Notes under the pieces: generated by a model
The model's input: the letters and a program-made list of their open reading frames with translations, nothing else
Databases searched by the model: none
What the model was told of the DNA's origin: nothing
Assembly (NCBI RefSeq): GCF_963676685.1
Contig: NC_092356.1
Location: 32,798,001-32,862,000 of the forward strand
Direction of reading: 5' to 3'
Length of the DNA: 64,000 nucleotides
Source: Mytilus edulis
Taxonomy: Eukaryota
Shown: positions 63,289 through 64,000 of the stretch, piece by piece
Position numbering within the stretch: position 1 is the first letter of the stretch
Layout: each line of letters opens with the position of its first letter
Program-made: the position numbers and the translations under genes

Positions 63289-64000
63289 GTGAGTAAATTA
63301 ATTTCGTTAAGAAGAAAAAAAAGTCGCCATCTGCTGTTTGTTATATATAATAAATGCATTATATAATATCTATTATTATTTTATTTATGTTCAATTATAT
63401 TTTGTTAAAATGATATCTATAGGCATTTCTTCGTTCTTTTTCAATAAGTTAACTGCAACTTTTCGTCAAATAACAAAATTTGTGTGTTAAGTCAATTTGA
63501 TGTTACGTTCACGTAGACTCTTTCGTAAACGTAAATTCTTTTCTATTTATAAAAATAAAAATACAACGAATCCTTACATTTATCCAGCCACCAATTAAAC
63601 ACACTAGATGCATATTCTTTAAAAGACATTGCAAAAATTCTGCTCCAAAAACGCTATTAGGCTGAACGATTGATATCGACAAGTTTCACGGTCACAATCA
63701 GAAATTGGTTGATGGAAACGAACTATATTTTTACTCAATTGATTAATGACATGTTTTTTTAAATCCTACTTCTTTATATTCCTGTATTTTTACCTAGTGT
63801 TCTGTTCCCGATTTTGAAATATTGACTCAAAGTGAATTAATATAACTGGTTGGGAATGCATAGTAAGAGACGATTACCTACTTTCAAGAGTTTCTGTTGT
63901 CGTACTTTTCAGATTTGTTTTTAAGTTTGTTTGAATTTGTTTAAATCAATTGTGTTGTAAATCTATGATGTATGTTCACACACGTTTGACTGCTTAATAC

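Overview
AT-rich, repeat-dense animal genomic DNA. The interspersed repeats and gene types suggest a bivalve mollusc, probably Mytilus (inference, not searched). Genes: (1) an 8-coding-exon minus-strand gene (26149->15614, ~789 codons) for a hillarin/kyphoscoliosis-peptidase (KY)-like transglutaminase-fold protein with a degenerate catalytic triad and one in-frame TGA; (2) a decayed tandem paralogue with matching exon structure (57139->49742), preceded by a second homologous 5' exon pair (59696 and 58770); (3) an intronless class A GPCR (42368-43942) with a signal peptide and five 22-aa Thr-rich N-terminal repeats; (4) LRR-gene remnants near the right end. Mobile DNA: a near full-length HERO-type RLE non-LTR retrotransposon (4190-7980), an Academ-like TIR element carrying a Gypsy gag-protease fragment (9056-12952), a decayed PIF/Harbinger element (27924-31760), several RTEX-like LINE fragments and MITEs, and minisatellites with 25, 39, 39 and 69 bp units. 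Exon models were built by hand from GT-AG sites, phase agreement and paralogue comparison. No database search was run.
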